17,293 nt of DNA, from UHGV virus genome UHGV-0371215, one strand, 5' to 3'. Both the position numbers and the translations under genes were made by a program. Each line of letters begins with the position of its first letter. The stretch's first letter is position 1. This document shows positions 10,152 to 17,293 of this stretch, piece after piece. The DNA comes from a virus. The notes under the pieces are model-generated. The model had not been told where the DNA came from and did not search any database. It worked only from the letters and a program-made list of their open reading frames with translations.

Positions 10152-10347
10152 GTCCTGCTGCTCATCATGGTTTGTGAGCAGTCAGTTTGCGGGAGGTGCG
10201 GGAAAATCTGGGGTTATGCTATTTGAGTACTGGAGAAAGAAAGTGGAAGGAAGATAAAACGGGATTCATACACCGTTAAATACCGGTTTAAAAATCCCGT
10301 GGCGCGTTTTAAAAAATCTGTGCGGCTGATTTTATGTCTGATTCTGT
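10152..10347 (-). promoter_or_regulatory. G-I intergenic region: hairpin plus candidate late promoter for the I-T-tail operon
   Basis: 196-bp non-coding gap, the largest in the window; inverted repeat ACGGGATT/AATCCCGT (10259-10266 vs 10293-10300) followed by a U-rich run on the transcript; AT-rich stretch and an ATAACCCC tract about 60 bp upstream of the I start. No sigma-70 consensus identified. Confidence 0.3.
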
Positions 10348-10818
10348 TTATTGCCTCAGAGCGGCGCTGACGCGTTTTCTGATGGCATCAAAAATTTCCT
10401 GTTCCCCGGTCTTATCCAGCCCCATATAAGGACGTGCCGGAACGCCTGCCGGGCGGGGGGCCATATCGGGTGTGCCGCCCCACTGATGAATGGCCGCATA
10501 AATTTTTGGCGAACCAATCAGGGCATAATCCTGTCCATAATCGGTGGTAATGCTGCGTGCCAGATCGCCATGCAGGGTAAGAATACTGCCCGGAACAAAA
10601 CCATGATCCTGACGCCATGCCAGCCACGAATCGCTCCACGCTTCCCAGCCTTTCCCTGTATCCGGGTCGGCCTGCCGTTCAAATGCCTGTTCTGTGGATG
10701 ACAACAGTGCTGCGGCAATCGCACGGGGAATGGCACGATCCCGCGTCACCGTTTCCAGCTCACCAAGTGCGGTCTGAAGATGCCGGACATCCACCACGCT
10801 GTTCATATCAATACTCAT
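10348..10818 (-). CDS. G: Virion morphogenesis protein (Mu gpG-like)
   Basis: 156-aa ORF with a GAGGAG Shine-Dalgarno upstream of ATG 10818; position between F and I. Confidence 0.8.
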   Translation of the reverse strand: MSIDMNSVVDVRHLQTALGELETVTRDRAIPRAIAAALLSSTEQAFERQADPDTGKGWEAWSDSWLAWRQDHGFVPGSILTLHGDLARSITTDYGQDYALIGSPKIYAAIHQWGGTPDMAPRPAGVPARPYMGLDKTGEQEIFDAIRKRVSAALRQ

Positions 10819-10859
10819 GTATTGAGCTCCTCTTACATGAAAAATATACTGACGCTACA

Positions 10860-10938
10860 GGCGCTGTACGCTTAACGGTAAAGACGGTGTCAACCCCGCA
10901 GGGGAGCATGTATACAGGTTCGACTCCTGTCAGCGCCT
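10860..10938 (+). other. tRNA-like motif (T-arm plus acceptor stem only) in the F-G intergenic region; not a canonical tRNA
   Basis: ACAGG-TTCGACT-CCTGT (10914-10930) has a T-arm-like 5-bp stem and 7-nt loop, followed directly by CAGCGCC (10931-10937) that pairs perfectly with GGCGCTG (10860-10866); a T follows at the U8 position. I could not fold a D-arm or anticodon arm from the intervening 47 nt. Confidence 0.25.
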
Positions 10939-12272
10939 TAATCCAGCGTACCTTCCAGAATTTCAACCACACCCCCGGCAATATCCGATTTCAGGGCGCT
11001 GATGTCCGGCAGCCTGTATGCATTGATCAACACATCCAGACGGTCAGCCTGTCGCTTTAACGAATAAGCCGCATTGACCACCACCTTTGCGCTCCCGGTT
11101 CCGGTGCTGACCAGGTAAATCAGGTTATTGTGTCGCCTGTCCCAGAGCACCGCCTGCGGTTTTGCCAGCAGTGACGGCAGTAACCGCAAATCCTCAGGCA
11201 GCAGTGCAACCCCCGTTTTGTGGTGTTTCGGGCTGTCCGCATGAAGCAGGCTTTTTTCGCTCATTACCAGCAGTCTGGCCGGGGCTTCACCTGTTCGCGC
11301 CTGTACGGCATCTGCCACAGATTCAGTCATAAAACCCAGCGTCTGGATCCCGTGACCGGCACGGCGTGATTCGGTCAGACGTTTCACCCATAAGGAAAAA
11401 GCAAGCTGACGCTCCCGGCTGTTATTCAGCGTCTGTACAACCTGTTCACGCAATTGTGCGTCACGGACCTCCACCAGTTTTCGAATCAGCGCCTGATCCG
11501 TACCAAACGCCGCCGAACCCGGGTTATATGACCAGCCCACATCCGGCGTCATTTTTACCCGACCATTGTCAAACGTGGTCGACGATGTGCGGAAAATCTC
11601 TCCGGTGCTTTCATCCGTGCCGGCCTCCACTTCACGGGTATTCATGAATGACGCACCATAACTGACCTGTAGCCCCAGTTCTTTCATGCGGGCCGCAGAC
11701 AGCGCCCGGACGCGACAGCGGCAGTTCCAGCCATTGGGCGGGTAATGCGTCTGCCAGAAAATGTCGTCATACCGGAAAACCATATTGTGCAGCCGCGCAT
11801 GTTCCGGGCGTGTTCTGCCATCCATAACGGCAACGTACTGCCAGTACGGGTACAAATCGGCGGTATTCATCATCTGTGCATAACGTCCTACCCCATACGC
11901 CGTACGGGTATTGACGTTATAAATGGTTGCCAGACGACGCGGACTGCCCAGCTCGATTACCTTTGCGTTTCCGTCTGCATCCACGATGATTTGTTTTCCC
12001 CACCATCCGAGTTTTTGCAGCCGGGGGGCCAGTGTGCGGGTAAATTCTTCACGGGTGATGCCTTCACTGACAGCCCGCTCCACTTCCTCACGGATTGTGG
12101 TCAGGACATCCATCCGGGTGGCTTTGGCAACGGTAAAGGCGCGGGCGTGCGCGTCTGCCAGTTGTTCGTACCAGTTCCAGGTGATGTTGTAGCCTTTGGC
12201 GCGGAAATACGCGACAGCCTCCTTTGGCGGGAGGCGTGCGGCATACGCCAGATCAATGGTCTGCTGCGGCAT
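10938..12272 (-). CDS. F: Head morphogenesis protein, MuF (gp30) family, with about 150-aa C-terminal extension of unknown function
   Basis: ORF 10938-12308 in the track starts at GTG; ATG at 12272-12270 with a G-rich Shine-Dalgarno is the preferred start (444 aa). MuF-like core includes YPPNGWNCRCRV and PDVGWSYNPG; C-terminal about 150 residues (His/Arg/Lys-rich) follow the core. Confidence 0.8.
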   Translation of the reverse strand: MPQQTIDLAYAARLPPKEAVAYFRAKGYNITWNWYEQLADAHARAFTVAKATRMDVLTTIREEVERAVSEGITREEFTRTLAPRLQKLGWWGKQIIVDADGNAKVIELGSPRRLATIYNVNTRTAYGVGRYAQMMNTADLYPYWQYVAVMDGRTRPEHARLHNMVFRYDDIFWQTHYPPNGWNCRCRVRALSAARMKELGLQVSYGASFMNTREVEAGTDESTGEIFRTSSTTFDNGRVKMTPDVGWSYNPGSAAFGTDQALIRKLVEVRDAQLREQVVQTLNNSRERQLAFSLWVKRLTESRRAGHGIQTLGFMTESVADAVQARTGEAPARLLVMSEKSLLHADSPKHHKTGVALLPEDLRLLPSLLAKPQAVLWDRRHNNLIYLVSTGTGSAKVVVNAAYSLKRQADRLDVLINAYRLPDISALKSDIAGGVVEILEGTLD

Positions 12273-13791
12273 CCAGACGCCCCCATATATCGGCAACAAA
12301 AATGGCACGGGTCAGCATGTCGATAAGTTCTGCATCATCCATCTGCGGATATAATGAAGCGGCTTTGTTCATGGCGGCTTCCGGGCCATCTTTCAGCACA
12401 GAAAAAATGACGGGTTTCAGCAGGGAATCAACCGAACGCTGCCAGTCTTCCGGTGAGACGCCCATCCTGTCGATATCATCCTCCTGCGGGATATCTTCAG
12501 CGGATAATGCGGCCTCTTTCTGCGAACCGTTATCCGGGACAACAGGTTGAGCAGTAAACACGGCTTCATCACCGACCGGCTGTGGAATATGAAGTTTTTC
12601 CTGTATCCAGGAGACCGGAATACGCATTCCCGCCGCCAGTTTCGGAATGGCGTCAGACAGTGCCGTAATATCACCCGCTTCACTGGTATCAAATACAATG
12701 CCCGGCAGGCGGTTAATATCAATGGTGCTGTCACTGTTCAGTGCCAGCAGGGGATAAATCAGGTCACGGTTAATACTGCGGGCAAGCTGGCCCACATCCG
12801 CGTTACGGATTTCCCGGCGAACCTCATCATGCACTTCACCCAGTGACCGCGCACCTTTATCGCCAGCCTCTGTGGTCAGGGTGCCGCCCAGAATGGCTTT
12901 TGAAATCGCTTTTTCTGCCCAGCCAATCATTGCCATGAAAGGGTCAGACTGACCATCTGCGGCGCTCTGAAAATCCAGCGTCATCCCCATCGGAATAATG
13001 CCACCGGCACGTCGCCCGATATCCATCACGGCCTGCATCAGCGTGGCTTTCTCACGGTTCGTGGAGCCGGTCGGATATTTACCGACGCGCATGGGAAGTC
13101 CGTAAATTTCCAGAAACTCTGCAAAATCACGCACGGAATAGTTTTTAAAAATAAAAGGCCAGATAAGCGTGCGCACAAGGCCATTGGTGCCAACGTACCC
13201 GGTGCGGGATTTGGCCCGGTGCATAAACCAGCCGAACGGTTGCAGCTCCAGCCCGTGATAAGACGTATCACGCAGACGTAATTCGTTCAGATTATCGGGG
13301 TTCGCGCAGAACAGCGCCGGATCGCGATGATGCAGCGCCACCGGCACGCGCATTTTGCCCAGCCAGCCCCATTCAATCTCCTGCATGGAATAACCCTTGA
13401 GAATGGCATCACCGGCATCAAACAGGGCATCTTCAAACCACGCCGCATCATGCAGATATTCATTCAGCATGTCGGCGTCTTTTTTCTCCTGTGCGCTGGC
13501 ATCACGTGCCGGAGCGATGCGCCATTCCAGCGCCTGAATGGCAAGGCGGCGCTTGCTCAGTTCGGAAAAAAGGTGGGTGTCCTTTTCTTCCATATCAAAG
13601 GCCAGGTCAGCCTGTGCGGTCAGATCACCGCGTTCGGCATCACGCAGCATCTGCGCGGCCCGGTTCGGCGTCACACCACTGGAAGGATGCTCCTGCGTAC
13701 GCTTCATGACCATTGCCAGCTCATCGCTGCGGGTCTGCATTTCATCGTCAAAATCAAACGGCTGCCCGGAAATATCCAGAATACGGCCCAT
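12253..13791 (-). CDS. H: Portal protein (Mu gp29/H-like, DUF935 family)
   Basis: 512-aa ORF; ATG at 13791-13789 shares one nt with the terminase stop (TAATG); position between terminase and F. Confidence 0.85.
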   Translation of the reverse strand: MGRILDISGQPFDFDDEMQTRSDELAMVMKRTQEHPSSGVTPNRAAQMLRDAERGDLTAQADLAFDMEEKDTHLFSELSKRRLAIQALEWRIAPARDASAQEKKDADMLNEYLHDAAWFEDALFDAGDAILKGYSMQEIEWGWLGKMRVPVALHHRDPALFCANPDNLNELRLRDTSYHGLELQPFGWFMHRAKSRTGYVGTNGLVRTLIWPFIFKNYSVRDFAEFLEIYGLPMRVGKYPTGSTNREKATLMQAVMDIGRRAGGIIPMGMTLDFQSAADGQSDPFMAMIGWAEKAISKAILGGTLTTEAGDKGARSLGEVHDEVRREIRNADVGQLARSINRDLIYPLLALNSDSTIDINRLPGIVFDTSEAGDITALSDAIPKLAAGMRIPVSWIQEKLHIPQPVGDEAVFTAQPVVPDNGSQKEAALSAEDIPQEDDIDRMGVSPEDWQRSVDSLLKPVIFSVLKDGPEAAMNKAASLYPQMDDAELIDMLTRAIFVADIWGRLDAAADH

Positions 13792-15446
13792 TACCAGCCC
13801 CCTCGTTCAAACTGGTGATAATCATCAAAATCATCGTTATCAACATCATCACCACGGTGGCGTGGTGGCAGCGCCTGTATGCTGTTCTCGTCGATAACAA
13901 AACCATTCATATAAGACGCCCTGACAGCCATACAGAGCGCCACGGCAAAGTCGCCATGTCGTCGGCCTTTACCACCTTCATCTTTTGTGCGCCCCTTATC
14001 AATCTGCGGAATACCTTTGTCCACCTTGATGTGGAGCAGGTCATCAAGAGTGGTCTGGTGCCGGGCAATCGTGATGTTCTGCGCTTCAAACTCGCCTTTC
14101 AGTTTTGGCATCCACTCCTGATACCAGGATGCGGTCAGATTCACACAGTCGATCATCTCCGGGCCATAAATCAGACGGGCGGCTTCTGCCAGATAACCGC
14201 CGTTACCGGTGGCATCAAATGCAGCGCCGGTAAAACGGGGCAAACGGGACAGAATGAATAAAAGGATTTGTCGCTGCTGGCCATAGGTCACATTACGCAG
14301 CTCCACGCGGAAACATTCGCGTTTGCGTAAGTCAGGCGTGATGGCAAGTGGCACAAACACCGTCAGGTCGCCACGGCGTGCAAAGTCTTCGCCCAGTACG
14401 TGTTTATTGAGCGGCGACAGCGCATCGAGCAACGGGAGCAGCTCCTGTTCACACCAGTCCTGAACGATGCCGTGGCGCATTTGTGGTGTCAGCGATTCAA
14501 AATCGTCCGGGGCTTCAAAACGCAGAATCGGGATATCCCGCACTGGCGTCATGGCGGCTTCAATCAGCACGCGTGACAGATAAGCGCCCCCGGATTTTTT
14601 GGGAATGCAGCCGTATTCCTCGTCGGCACTCTCTTTATTCGGCGCATTCCGGTACAGGCCATCACGCCAGGCTTTTTCCGCTTCCGGCGACCACGGCTGA
14701 TTCGTGACGTAACAGATACGTCGGTATAACCCGTCAGTGATGGCATCATCCAGCGTGATGCGGTGAACGCTGTAATCCTTGCGCCCCTCGCGCGCATCCT
14801 GAATGTACTGATTAAACAGATTATCGACGCCGTTATGTGTCGATATGATGCGCACGCTGGCACCCCACATGTTTAGTGCAAAGGCCGCTTTCAGCAGTTC
14901 GTCCAGGGCTTCATGGAATGCCGCCTCATCAATCACCACGTCCCCCTGCAATCCACGCAGGTTAGACGGGCGGCTTGACAGAGCCTGTATCTTAAATCCG
15001 CTGTTCGGAAAGCGGATCATGTAGGTGAGGATTTCTTCTTTTTTGTCGCTGTCCCAGAAGGTCTGCTCCCAGACATCAGCCTTTGCCAGCTGGTTAAAGG
15101 CGCGGGCAAACAGGGCACAGGCGGCGATGTATTCCAGCGCCATTTCCTGACGGGAACCCACATAAAAGACGTTGCGACCACCGCGACGCTTCGGCTTTGC
15201 GGCCGTCATGACATTGCGGCCCGCTTCAGCCCATGTCAGACCGGTACGACGGGATTTTTCAGCGATGCAAATCTGGCTTTCATCCTCAAACCAGCGGCGC
15301 TGATAGCCCAGAAAAACCGGTTCATTGCGGGGTTGTGCTTCCCCGATATCGGTCACGATATTCACGCCGAGCAGTCCGGCTTCCTCACGCAGGTTGATTT
15401 TTCGGGGGGCATGAAGGGCTTTAAGGTTGTTTTCTCTGGTGTTCAT
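13791..15446 (-). CDS. Terminase large subunit (Mu gp28-like)
   Basis: Track ORF 13791-15638 starts at an upstream alternative start that would overlap the small terminase gene; ATG at 15446-15444 (MNTRENNLKALH...) follows an AGAGGG Shine-Dalgarno and lies 7 nt after the small terminase stop, giving 551 aa; contains a DEAAF Walker-B-like segment. Confidence 0.8.
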   Translation of the reverse strand: MNTRENNLKALHAPRKINLREEAGLLGVNIVTDIGEAQPRNEPVFLGYQRRWFEDESQICIAEKSRRTGLTWAEAGRNVMTAAKPKRRGGRNVFYVGSRQEMALEYIAACALFARAFNQLAKADVWEQTFWDSDKKEEILTYMIRFPNSGFKIQALSSRPSNLRGLQGDVVIDEAAFHEALDELLKAAFALNMWGASVRIISTHNGVDNLFNQYIQDAREGRKDYSVHRITLDDAITDGLYRRICYVTNQPWSPEAEKAWRDGLYRNAPNKESADEEYGCIPKKSGGAYLSRVLIEAAMTPVRDIPILRFEAPDDFESLTPQMRHGIVQDWCEQELLPLLDALSPLNKHVLGEDFARRGDLTVFVPLAITPDLRKRECFRVELRNVTYGQQRQILLFILSRLPRFTGAAFDATGNGGYLAEAARLIYGPEMIDCVNLTASWYQEWMPKLKGEFEAQNITIARHQTTLDDLLHIKVDKGIPQIDKGRTKDEGGKGRRHGDFAVALCMAVRASYMNGFVIDENSIQALPPRHRGDDVDNDDFDDYHQFERGGW

Positions 15447-15453
15447 AACCCTC

Positions 15454-16044
15454 TCATGCCTTACCCAGCAGCACATCACGGATACGCTGCTCCAGCTCTT
15501 CGCTGATGCCATCCTGCCCGCGCAGTTCTTCACTGACGGCGTTTGCCGCTTCTTCTGCGAATGCCTGGCGGATTTCTTTCTCGCGCCGGTGGCTGGACAT
15601 TGCCGTGGATTCCAGACGCTGTGCCGCCAGCATGGCATTTTTCAGCAGGTCAATATCCACGTCAGATTCCGGGTTTTCGATTTGCCGCATCATGGCCTTA
15701 AAAAGCTGGCTGCGGGCCATTTCCAGAATCAGCTTTGTGGTTTCTCCCATTGGCTTGTCGCCAAGTTCTGCGGTCAGTGCTGACGTCATTTCACGCATCT
15801 GTCGCAGGTTATGGCCTACCTGCTCGACGTTCGTCGCGTAACGGTTCAGACCGGAACGGGAGAGTTTCATCTCATCCGGCAGGCCAGCGTCTTCAATCAG
15901 TGCGTTAATTTCTTCCAGAATGCGGGCCTGTGGGATCGCCTTATCACGCAGCATTTCATGCAGCGTTTTACGTACGTTTTCCGGCAGTAAATCCACTTTT
16001 GAAGCCCGGCCCCGTGTTTTCCTGTCCATCACGCCTCCTGTCAT
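15454..16044 (-). CDS. Terminase small subunit-like protein (Mu gp27-like, DUF3486-type)
   Basis: 196-aa charged, coiled-coil-rich ORF directly upstream of the large terminase; ATGA overlap with the upstream gene. Confidence 0.7.
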   Translation of the reverse strand: MTGGVMDRKTRGRASKVDLLPENVRKTLHEMLRDKAIPQARILEEINALIEDAGLPDEMKLSRSGLNRYATNVEQVGHNLRQMREMTSALTAELGDKPMGETTKLILEMARSQLFKAMMRQIENPESDVDIDLLKNAMLAAQRLESTAMSSHRREKEIRQAFAEEAANAVSEELRGQDGISEELEQRIRDVLLGKA

Positions 16045-16331
16045 GCACGGGGACGAGGACGCTTGACACCGGCAACGCGGGCACGACCTTCTGCCACATC
16101 CTGACCTCGGGAGGTCAGCGTTACGACATAAAAGCCGCGCAGGTTTTCCACTGTGACCAGTTGCTGCTCTGCCAGCCAGTCAATCTGGCCGCGAACCACA
16201 TCGCGGGAAACGTTGTGTCCGTATGCATCCAGACAGTCCTGAAGGATGGACTCATTGGCTTCGTTATTGCAGTCCATCAGGGAACGCAGGATGACCAGAC
16301 GACGGTCTTCGGTCAGAATATCGTTAATCAT
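16041..16331 (-). CDS. Small Mu gp26-like protein, possible winged-helix DNA-binding protein
   Basis: 96-aa ORF with ATGA overlaps at both ends; basic C-terminus (GVKRPRPRA); function inferred from position only. Confidence 0.55.
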   Translation of the reverse strand: MINDILTEDRRLVILRSLMDCNNEANESILQDCLDAYGHNVSRDVVRGQIDWLAEQQLVTVENLRGFYVVTLTSRGQDVAEGRARVAGVKRPRPRA

Positions 16332-16627
16332 GAATTACTCCGGTTTACTGCGTTTTCAAGCAGCAGCTCCAGTTGATGGGAAAATGACTGCACCCGCTGG
16401 GACAGCACCCGGATATCGCCGGACAGCTCTGCAATTCGCAGGCGCATTTCGTGTACATCTTCTGTGCCAGGGATGCTGGCGTAGCGGGTTTCCATTTCGG
16501 TCATCCGGTTTTCAAGACGCTCCACACGCTCAGTGCTGGCAAAACTACGACGCATTGCCCAGACGGCCCCACCGGCCACAACAGGCAACAGGTAAGGCCA
16601 TAACGCTAAAACTGAAATCAAATCCAT
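16328..16627 (-). CDS. Membrane-anchored coiled-coil protein (Mu gp25-like, DUF2730-type), lysis-cassette associated
   Basis: Track ORF starts at GTG 16645; ATG at 16627-16625 gives a TAATG junction with the upstream stop (99 aa). N-terminal hydrophobic helix (MDLISVLALWPYLLPVVAGGAVWA) followed by a coiled-coil-like region. Confidence 0.65.
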   Translation of the reverse strand: MDLISVLALWPYLLPVVAGGAVWAMRRSFASTERVERLENRMTEMETRYASIPGTEDVHEMRLRIAELSGDIRVLSQRVQSFSHQLELLLENAVNRSNS

Positions 16628-16821
16628 TATTCTGCTCCACGGCACCAGTGGCAGTAGTTCGCCATCGGCTGCTGTCTCAGCACATCAGGCCGCAGCTCAC
16701 GACCGCAACCGGCACACAATACAGGCGGGTCATACGCCGCCGGGCGGGGAATATCACGGGTATCCCCCTGCCAGAGTTCAGCGAGCAGCAGCGCCACCGC
16801 CCGGTTCTGGTCTTCGTTCAT
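16627..16821 (-). CDS. TraR/DksA-family C4 zinc-finger protein
   Basis: 64-aa ORF with CAGC-x17-CHWC (CxxC-x17-CxxC) spacing; AAGGAAAG Shine-Dalgarno upstream of ATG 16821. Confidence 0.7.
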   Translation of the reverse strand: MNEDQNRAVALLLAELWQGDTRDIPRPAAYDPPVLCAGCGRELRPDVLRQQPMANYCHWCRGAE

Positions 16822-17119
16822 AAATTTCTTTCCTTCGGATCTCCTGTTCCCGGACTGATGCCTTGTCGCGGTTGCACTGCCCGAGCGCCATCAACAGGTC
16901 AGCATTCCAGAGAAGGGATGCTCCCCACGTCAGGGGCTGTGGCATGGGCGGAACGGGCGTTGCTTCTGTCAGTTCTGTATCAGTTTCGGGCAGGATCACC
17001 ACCGATGGCACGGGTGCGTTTTTCGAGTTCCCGCAACCTGTCAGCAGCAACGGCAGGCACAGGACGAGTGCTGCAATTGTCACCGGTAATGGCGGTTGTA
17101 ATTTTTTGTTTTGCATCAT
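16778..17119 (-). CDS. Outer-membrane spanin (o-spanin, Rz1-like lipoprotein)
   Basis: Track ORF begins at GTG 17254; internal ATG-ATG at 17119-17114 begins MMQNKKLQPPLPVTIAALVLCLPLLLTGC, a signal peptide with lipobox-like LTGC, followed by a Pro-rich mature part. The start lies inside the i-spanin reading frame. Confidence 0.7.
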   Translation of the reverse strand: MMQNKKLQPPLPVTIAALVLCLPLLLTGCGNSKNAPVPSVVILPETDTELTEATPVPPMPQPLTWGASLLWNADLLMALGQCNRDKASVREQEIRRKEIYERRPEPGGGAAAR

Positions 17120-17293
17120 GATGTTCTGTCTCGTCTGCCAGCCGCGCGGCACGATTTGCGGCACGGATAGCGGAAAATACCTGCATCGTCTGTTCCTGAC
17201 CGTGTAACAACCATTCAGCCGTGTTGCGGGCCTGTTGCTCCGTCTGTAATTCACGGCGCAGCGTCTGGTTATCGTGGCGGGTGCTGTCCAGCC
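16980..17293 (-). CDS. Inner-membrane spanin (i-spanin, Rz-like), 3' portion; ORF enters from beyond the window end
   Basis: My translation is open from the window edge to the stop at 16980: ...DNQTLRRELQTEQQARNTAEWLLHGQEQTMQVFSAIRAANRAARLADETEHHDAKQK..., a charged coiled-coil typical of Rz-type periplasmic domains; o-spanin is embedded/overlapping in another frame. Confidence 0.65.
   Translation of the reverse strand, partial: LDSTRHDNQTLRRELQTEQQARNTAEWLLHGQEQTMQVFSAIRAANRAARLADETEHHDAKQKITTAITGDNCSTRPVPAVAADRLRELEKRTRAIGGDPARN

Noticed and set aside
10860-10938. Canonical tRNA gene
   Set aside because: T-arm and acceptor stem are present, but I could not fold a D-arm or a 5-bp/7-nt anticodon arm from the intervening 47 nt; retained only as a tRNA-like motif.
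10938-12308. GTG start for the F gene at 12308
   Set aside because: No Shine-Dalgarno and a 56-nt overlap with the portal gene; ATG at 12272 with a G-rich ribosome-binding site is preferred.
13791-15638. 615-aa version of the large terminase
   Set aside because: Would overlap the small terminase gene by about 185 nt and starts with a Cys/Trp-rich, compositionally odd N-terminus; internal ATG at 15446 with a Shine-Dalgarno fits better.
1-17293. CRISPR array, integrase/att site, transposase or insertion sequence, toxin-antitoxin or defence island
   Set aside because: No spaced direct repeats and no ORFs with features of these systems; every credible ORF fits the contiguous Mu-like lysis, packaging, head and tail order.

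Overview
The whole window is a co-linear, minus-strand late-gene block of a Mu-like (transposable-phage-type) myovirus prophage; I found no defence system, toxin-antitoxin pair, CRISPR array, canonical tRNA or mobile element boundary in it. Reading right to left in transcription order: lysis genes (i-spanin 3' end, overlapping o-spanin lipoprotein, TraR/DksA-type zinc finger, membrane-anchored coiled-coil protein, small winged-helix-like protein), small and large terminase, DUF935-type portal, MuF head morphogenesis protein, G, I protease/scaffold with a nested Z-like start, major capsid T, three small head-completion proteins, tail sheath L, tube M, tail chaperone, tape measure, DNA circulation protein N and the 5' part of baseplate gene P. 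Genes are tightly packed with many ATGA/TAATG stop-start overlaps. Family assignments come from recognising the translated ORFs and their Mu-like order, not from any search. The features worth follow-up are small: an alternate frame bridging the chaperone and tape-measure genes (possible +1/-2 frameshift), a C-terminal extension on the MuF protein that could be a cargo domain, a tRNA-like T-arm/acceptor motif between F and G, a structured F-G and G-I intergenic pair, and a terminator-like hairpin after the capsid gene. Plus-strand ORFs in the supplied track are antisense shadows.
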